Positions 59,380 to 64,000 of a stretch of DNA of 64,000 nt are shown piece by piece. How positions within the stretch are numbered: the first letter of the stretch is position 1; the number at the start of each line of letters is the position of its first letter. Both the position numbers and the translations under genes were made by a program. Source of the DNA: Candidatus Bipolaricaulia bacterium (GTDB lineage: Bacteria; Bipolaricaulota; Bipolaricaulia; RBG-16-55-9); contig JBDGQO010000033.1 in NCBI GenBank assembly GCA_042219045.1, positions 57,568 to 121,567 on the forward strand, written 5' to 3'. The notes beneath the pieces are model-generated. The model was not told the DNA's origin. It searched no databases and saw only the letters and a list, made by a program, of their open reading frames with translations.

Positions 59380-60228
59380 TCAGGAATCCGACTTCAGGTG
59401 CTCGTCCAGGAAATTGAGCGTCACCTTCCACGCGTCAGCTGCCGCCTGCGGGGCGAAGCTGTCGCCCGAGGGGTTCGCGAACGCGTGGCCGGCGCCCGGA
59501 TAGACCCGGAACTCGTTGGGGACGTTCAAGGAATTCAGCGTCGCCTTGAATGTCTCGACCGTTTCCACCGAAACGACCTGATCCTCGGCGCCGAAGATCC
59601 CCAACACGGGCCAGTCGATCGTCGCCAATCGGGACTTGTCGGTGACGAGGTTGCCGTAGTAGATGACGGTGCTAGCCAGCGACACGTCGCTCAGCGCGAG
59701 CTGGAGCGACTGCCCGCCGCCGAAGCACCAGCCGAGCGAGGCGACCCGATCGGCGTTCTCTTGGTTGCGCAGGTAATCGACAGCCGCCTGCATGTTGGCG
59801 ATCGCCTGCTGTTGATCGAGGTTGGAGGAGAGCTCTTGCGCGCGGCCCGGCTCGGTGGCGACCTCGCCATTGTAGAGATCGACGGCCAACACGGAATAAC
59901 CGTGCGTGGCCAAAATCTCTGCCATGCGCCGAATGTTGTCGTTGAGCCCCCACCACTCGTGGATCATGACGACGCCCGGATACGAGCCCTCGTCGGCGGG
60001 ACGTGCGAGATAGCCCGACGTGTCTTGGAAGTAGTTGACGTTTTCCGTCCGCACCTCGTGATCGCCGAGCGGTCGGAAGGCCTCGGTGTTGGTCATGACC
60101 TCCACGCCGTGCGGGGACTCCTTGACGGGCTCAGATTGAAAAACCGAGGTCGACGAGACGAGCGCCCAGCCGGAGAGTGCGACGCCGACGGCGAGCAAAG
60201 CCCAGATCCAGGGCGATTGTGGAAGCAT
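59380..60228 (-). CDS. Dienelactone hydrolase family protein with N-terminal signal or anchor
   Basis: HEWWGLN, GWCFGG and HAFANP motifs. Confidence 0.9.
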   Translation of the reverse strand: MLPQSPWIWALLAVGVALSGWALVSSTSVFQSEPVKESPHGVEVMTNTEAFRPLGDHEVRTENVNYFQDTSGYLARPADEGSYPGVVMIHEWWGLNDNIRRMAEILATHGYSVLAVDLYNGEVATEPGRAQELSSNLDQQQAIANMQAAVDYLRNQENADRVASLGWCFGGGQSLQLALSDVSLASTVIYYGNLVTDKSRLATIDWPVLGIFGAEDQVVSVETVETFKATLNSLNVPNEFRVYPGAGHAFANPSGDSFAPQAAADAWKVTLNFLDEHLKSDS

Positions 60229-60317
60229 GTGAGACCTCCTTGGATATCACGTTGAATGGTCCGGTTCCGATGCTACGGCAGGAAGCCACGACCTGCAATT
60301 GGCGTTCGCATGGGCAT

Positions 60318-60932
60318 TCACCAGTCGGGCGGCAGCTCGCCGCGCAGTGCCACGGGCGGCTCCTGCGTCAGGTCGATCACGGTCGAGCCCGCCCCGCTCA
60401 GCGACGCGTCGGTCGCGACGATCAGATCGACGTCGTCACCGAACCGTGCTTGAATAGTTTCGACGTCGTTCAACGACGCCTCGCCGGAGCGGTTGACGCT
60501 CGTCCCCACGAGCGGGCGGTCGGCGGCTTCGGACACGGCTTGAAAAGCCGTACTGTCGGGCACGCGCAGCCCGATCTTGCCGTCGGGACTGACACAGCTC
60601 CGCGGTGCCTCCGACGATGCTGTCAAGATGACGGTATACGGCCCGGGCAGCAACTGCTGGATCCGCGATCGCTGAACGTCGCCCATCTCGGCGTATCGGT
60701 CAAGAGCATCGATCGTCGCCAGATGCACGGACAGCGGCTGATCGGACGGCCGATCTTTCAGTTGATAAATCCGGTCGACGGCCTCGGCATTGGACGCATC
60801 GCAGCCGAGCCCATAGATCGTGTCCGTGGGGAACACCAGCACGCCGCCGGATTGAACCGTCCAACGGATCTGCCGGCGGTCGTGATCGGGAAACGAGGCG
60901 TTCGTGTCCAGATGGACGATTGGGGCGGCCAT
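60318..60932 (-). CDS. tsaC: Threonylcarbamoyl-AMP synthase (YrdC/TsaC, no SUA5 domain)
   Basis: FPTDTIYGL, KDR, PGPYT, TSVNRSG and STVID motifs. Confidence 0.88.
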   Translation of the reverse strand: MAAPIVHLDTNASFPDHDRRQIRWTVQSGGVLVFPTDTIYGLGCDASNAEAVDRIYQLKDRPSDQPLSVHLATIDALDRYAEMGDVQRSRIQQLLPGPYTVILTASSEAPRSCVSPDGKIGLRVPDSTAFQAVSEAADRPLVGTSVNRSGEASLNDVETIQARFGDDVDLIVATDASLSGAGSTVIDLTQEPPVALRGELPPDW

Positions 60933-60936
60933 GGGG

Positions 60937-62022
60937 CTATTTGCTGGCGACGAAGTGGATGACGTCGCCGTCTTGAACGATGTACTTTTCGCCTTCCCGG
61001 CGCAGCAGGCCCTCATTGCGGAGCGCGGCCCAGGACCCGTGCTCGAGGAGCGTGTCAACGTGGATGACCTCGGATTGGACGAAGCGTTCTTCAAAGTCAC
61101 TGTGGATCTTCCCGGCAGCCCGGCGCACGGGGGTTCCATCCGGCACCGTCCAGGCGCGGGCCTCCGGGCCGTCGGTGGTGTAGAACATTACCAAGTTCAA
61201 GATCCCGTAGCCGGCCTTGACGAGCTTCTCCAGGCCCGGCTCCGCAATGCCCCATTCCTCGAGGAACGTTGCCCGCTCCTCGGGCGACTCGGCCGTGTCG
61301 ACGACCTCCATCTCGATCTCGCCGTTGATCGCCACAACCGATCCGCCGCGCTCGGCGGCGACGGCTTCGACCTCGTCGACGTGGGTTCCCTCGTCGCCGA
61401 CGTTGGCGACGTAGAGAATCGGCTTGAGCGTGAGCGGGCTCAAGTCCTTGAGCGCCTCCACCTGGTCGGTGTCCAGATCGAGCGCTCGCAGGGGCGTCCC
61501 GGCCCCGGTCTCCTCAACGAGCCATTGGAAGAACTCCAGGTCCTTGAGGACGGCTTTGTCGCCCGCTTTCGCCTGAGACTGCAACGAGTCCACCCGGCGT
61601 TCGAGGGTTTCAAGATCCTTCAAGAGCAGCTCCGTGCCGATGAGCTCGATGTCGCGGCGCGGATCGACCTCGCCCTCGGGGTGCATGACGTCGGGATCGT
61701 CGAAGCAGCGCACCACTTGGACGACGGCGTCGACGTTGCGGATTTCCCCCAAGAACTGATTGCCCAGGCCCTCACCCTTGTGGGCGTCTTGGACGAGCCC
61801 GGCGATGTCGATGAACTCCAGGGCCGTGTGGACCTTCTTTTTGTCCGGCACGAGCGCGTGGAGCGCGTCCAGCTTCTCGTCGGGCACCGGGACGACGCCC
61901 TTCTGGGCATCGATGGTGCTGAAGGGGAAGCTGGCGACCTTGGCTCCCGCTGCCGTGAGCGCGTTGAACAGCGTCGACTTGCCCGCGTTCGGCAGGCCGA
62001 CGAGGCCGCATTGGAATCCCAT
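60937..62022 (-). CDS. ychF: Obg-family ATPase YchF
   Basis: GLPNAGKSTLFN, DIAGLV, GEGLGNQFL and YIVQDGDV motifs. Confidence 0.95.
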   Translation of the reverse strand: MGFQCGLVGLPNAGKSTLFNALTAAGAKVASFPFSTIDAQKGVVPVPDEKLDALHALVPDKKKVHTALEFIDIAGLVQDAHKGEGLGNQFLGEIRNVDAVVQVVRCFDDPDVMHPEGEVDPRRDIELIGTELLLKDLETLERRVDSLQSQAKAGDKAVLKDLEFFQWLVEETGAGTPLRALDLDTDQVEALKDLSPLTLKPILYVANVGDEGTHVDEVEAVAAERGGSVVAINGEIEMEVVDTAESPEERATFLEEWGIAEPGLEKLVKAGYGILNLVMFYTTDGPEARAWTVPDGTPVRRAAGKIHSDFEERFVQSEVIHVDTLLEHGSWAALRNEGLLRREGEKYIVQDGDVIHFVASK

Positions 62023-62910
62023 TCAGGATCGCGTACCGGATTGGAGTGCTTCGTGCGCCAACTGGACCATCTCCTGCGGGCTGCGGCCGACCGGCACGCC
62101 CTTGGCCTCCAAGGCCTTCGCCTTGGCCTCGGCCGTGCCCGACGAGCCCGTAACGATGGCGCCGGCGTGGCCCATGCGCTTGCCCGGCGGGGCGGTGAAC
62201 CCGGCGATGTAGGCGACCACGGGCGTGTCCATCTCGCCCTCGGCGAACGCCGCCGCCTCCTCCTCGTCGTTGCCGCCGATCTCGCCGACGAGCACGACGA
62301 GCTCGGTTTCCGGATCGGCCTCGAACTGCGGGAGGACGTCGATGAAGGAGCTGCCGATGACGGGGTCGCCGCCGATGCCCACCGCCGTCGTCTGGCCCAG
62401 CTCGGCGCGGGTCAGCTGATCGACGATCTCGTAAGTGAGCGTCCCGCTGCGGGAGACGACGCCGATTGGGCCCTCCCGGAAAATCTCGCCCGGCATGATG
62501 CCGATCTTGGACTGTCTTGTCGAGAGCAGCCCCGGGCAGTTCGGACCAATCAGCTGCGTGCCCCGACGCTGCAGCGCCTCGTAGGTCTTGAGCATGTGAT
62601 GCAGCGGGATGTGTTCCGTGATGCACACGACCAGCTCGACGCCGGCATCGGCGGCCTCCAGGACGGCGTCCGCGGCGGCTTTGGCTGGGACAAAGACGGC
62701 TGCGGCATCGATCCGACGGTCACGCGCGGCTTGCTCGACGGTGTTGTAGACGGGAACGCCATTGAGAACCGTCTCGCCACCCTTGCCGGGCCTCACGCCC
62801 GCGACGACGTTCGTCCCGTAGTCGATCATGCGCTCGGTGTGGAACGAGCCCTCGCTGCCGGTGATGCCGGTGACGAGGACGTTGGTCGATTCGTCAATCA
62901 GGATGCTCAT
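62023..62910 (-). CDS. sucD: Succinyl-CoA synthetase alpha subunit
   Basis: [21 protein letters not shown] and RMGHAGA (phospho-His) motifs. Confidence 0.96.
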   Translation of the reverse strand: MSILIDESTNVLVTGITGSEGSFHTERMIDYGTNVVAGVRPGKGGETVLNGVPVYNTVEQAARDRRIDAAAVFVPAKAAADAVLEAADAGVELVVCITEHIPLHHMLKTYEALQRRGTQLIGPNCPGLLSTRQSKIGIMPGEIFREGPIGVVSRSGTLTYEIVDQLTRAELGQTTAVGIGGDPVIGSSFIDVLPQFEADPETELVVLVGEIGGNDEEEAAAFAEGEMDTPVVAYIAGFTAPPGKRMGHAGAIVTGSSGTAEAKAKALEAKGVPVGRSPQEMVQLAHEALQSGTRS

Positions 62911-62993
62911 GGGAAGGGAGTCCTCCTCAAATCCGAAGCCATATACTCGGTTCCCATTTTAGACACTGGGGTTGGAGAATGAAAGCGTGTCGA

Positions 62994-63320
62994 TCACGGC
63001 TCCTGCCTGAGATAGACGAGATCGGTTGGCTGTATCGAGTTGAGAACGTCAATAGCCTGTGGAACGAGGGGCTGTAAATCTCCCAGTCGGTTCGTCGGAG
63101 CGACCAAGACGACGATGGCGAGATCGACATTTGACAGATTCTGCTGGTGTTCGAGATTCTGATCCGCCGTGATGAACACGTCGAAATCGTCCGAAGCCAA
63201 CGCCAAGAGTTCGCCGTTCTGCTTACCGGCCCAGCCCATTTCGGGAACGGTGCGAACCTCATGGCTCGAAAACTCGTCACTGAGACGACGAGGCAGGGAT
63301 TCATCCAGCAGGAGTCTCAT
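62994..63320 (-). CDS. DUF5615 PIN-like toxin (VapC45-like)
   Basis: MRLLLDESLP, GKQNGELL and FITADQNL motifs. Confidence 0.85.
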   Translation of the reverse strand: MRLLLDESLPRRLSDEFSSHEVRTVPEMGWAGKQNGELLALASDDFDVFITADQNLEHQQNLSNVDLAIVVLVAPTNRLGDLQPLVPQAIDVLNSIQPTDLVYLRQEP

Positions 63321-63528
63321 ACGACGTCGACAGCAGCATTGTCTTGGCCAGTTCCAACACGGACAATGCCTGCTCACGAGACACCGTGGGGAAATCGGTC
63401 AAGAAATCATCGAGCGAATCGCCAGCTTCGAGGTAGTCAATAAGCGTTTGAATGGGCACCCGCGTTCCCTTGAAGACCGGCGTTCCGCTCAGGACGTTGG
63501 ACGAGACCTCGATAACTTGTTCTGACAT
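63301..63528 (-). CDS. DUF433 antitoxin (VapB45-like)
   Basis: SGTPVFKGTRVP and DDFLTDFPTV motifs; overlaps the toxin start. Confidence 0.88.
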   Translation of the reverse strand: MSEQVIEVSSNVLSGTPVFKGTRVPIQTLIDYLEAGDSLDDFLTDFPTVSREQALSVLELAKTMLLSTSYETPAG

Positions 63529-63561
63529 CGTCGATCCTTCCATTATGACTCAAGATTGCTC

Positions 63562-64000
63562 ATGCGACGTGTGACACTGCTCCTTCTCATCATAGGCATC
63601 CTGGGGGCAGGCTGCCAGAGTCAAGCGCCGGACGGGGCCAGCACTTCCGAACATGACCTGACGGTCACGTTCAATCAGCCGTTGGTCGGCTTTCCCGATC
63701 TCGGCGATTCACGCGCCCGGGGCGGCCCGCTGGTCGAGTCGCTCATCGACGCCTTGGACGCCGCCGAATCGTCCATCGACGTTGCCGTCTACCATCTGCG
63801 CTCCGGGGCGGCGTTGACCGCGTTGGAGCGCGCCTGCGGCCGAGGCGTCCAGGTGCGATTGCTCATTGAGGACGACGCGTCCCGTCCCGCGGATCTTCCC
63901 GGTTGCGTCCAGTTGACGCTCGACGCCAACGATCGCCTGATGCATCACAAGTTCGCCATCCTGGATGATTCGCGCGTCTGGGTCGGCTCGGCCAACTGGA
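63562..64000 (+). CDS. Phospholipase D/nuclease-family lipoprotein, truncated by window end
   Basis: Manual translation MRRVTLLLLIIGILGAGC (lipobox)...SIDVAVY...MHHKFAILDDSRVWVGSANW (HKD motif). Confidence 0.88.
   Translation, partial: MRRVTLLLLIIGILGAGCQSQAPDGASTSEHDLTVTFNQPLVGFPDLGDSRARGGPLVESLIDALDAAESSIDVAVYHLRSGAALTALERACGRGVQVRLLIEDDASRPADLPGCVQLTLDANDRLMHHKFAILDDSRVWVGSANW

Noticed and set aside
60904..62982. 692-aa plus-strand ORF and similar long antisense ORFs (e.g. 34649-36433, 53376-54608, 21919-23169, 3487-4728)
   Set aside because: They are shadows of well-supported opposite-strand genes, expected with high-GC codon bias, and show no family motifs.
1..64000. CRISPR array, transposase or prophage genes
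   Set aside because: No regularly spaced repeats or mobile-element protein motifs seen by eye.

Overview
High-GC bacterial chromosomal window made almost entirely of housekeeping and metabolic genes. It carries partial pyrG, miaB, ispG, glyA, rho, murA, hflX, holB, rnc, xseA, carbamate kinase, pyk, sdhCDAB, menG/ubiE, ispA, dtd, rpmF, pgsA and pheST. It also carries a branched-chain amino acid operon (ilvB-ilvN-ilvC-leuA-leuC-leuD-leuB-cimA-ilvD), fabF, a sugar-type ABC transporter, aroC, tsaC, ychF, an orphan sucD and a DUF433/DUF5615 toxin-antitoxin pair. There are two tRNAs, Gln-TTG and Arg-GCG. I saw no CRISPR array, transposase or integrase. Many proteins are Asp/Glu-rich, suggesting a halophile. 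The most notable signal is regulatory and falls below the ORF-track size cut-off. The ilv-leu operon and pheST are each preceded by a short leader ORF with cognate-amino-acid codons near its 3' end and a stop codon inside a CCCCC-N3/4-GGGGG hairpin. Both leaders share short downstream motifs and lack a T-box or U-tract terminator, and in both the leader coding sequence is complementary to the downstream Shine-Dalgarno. This suggests a lineage-specific translational (possibly Rho-coupled) attenuator family, which is an inference I could not test. Also notable: an unannotated Zn-ribbon microprotein heading the ilv operon, a Phe-rich micropeptide, several apparently leaderless genes, and a Cys-to-Asp MurA.
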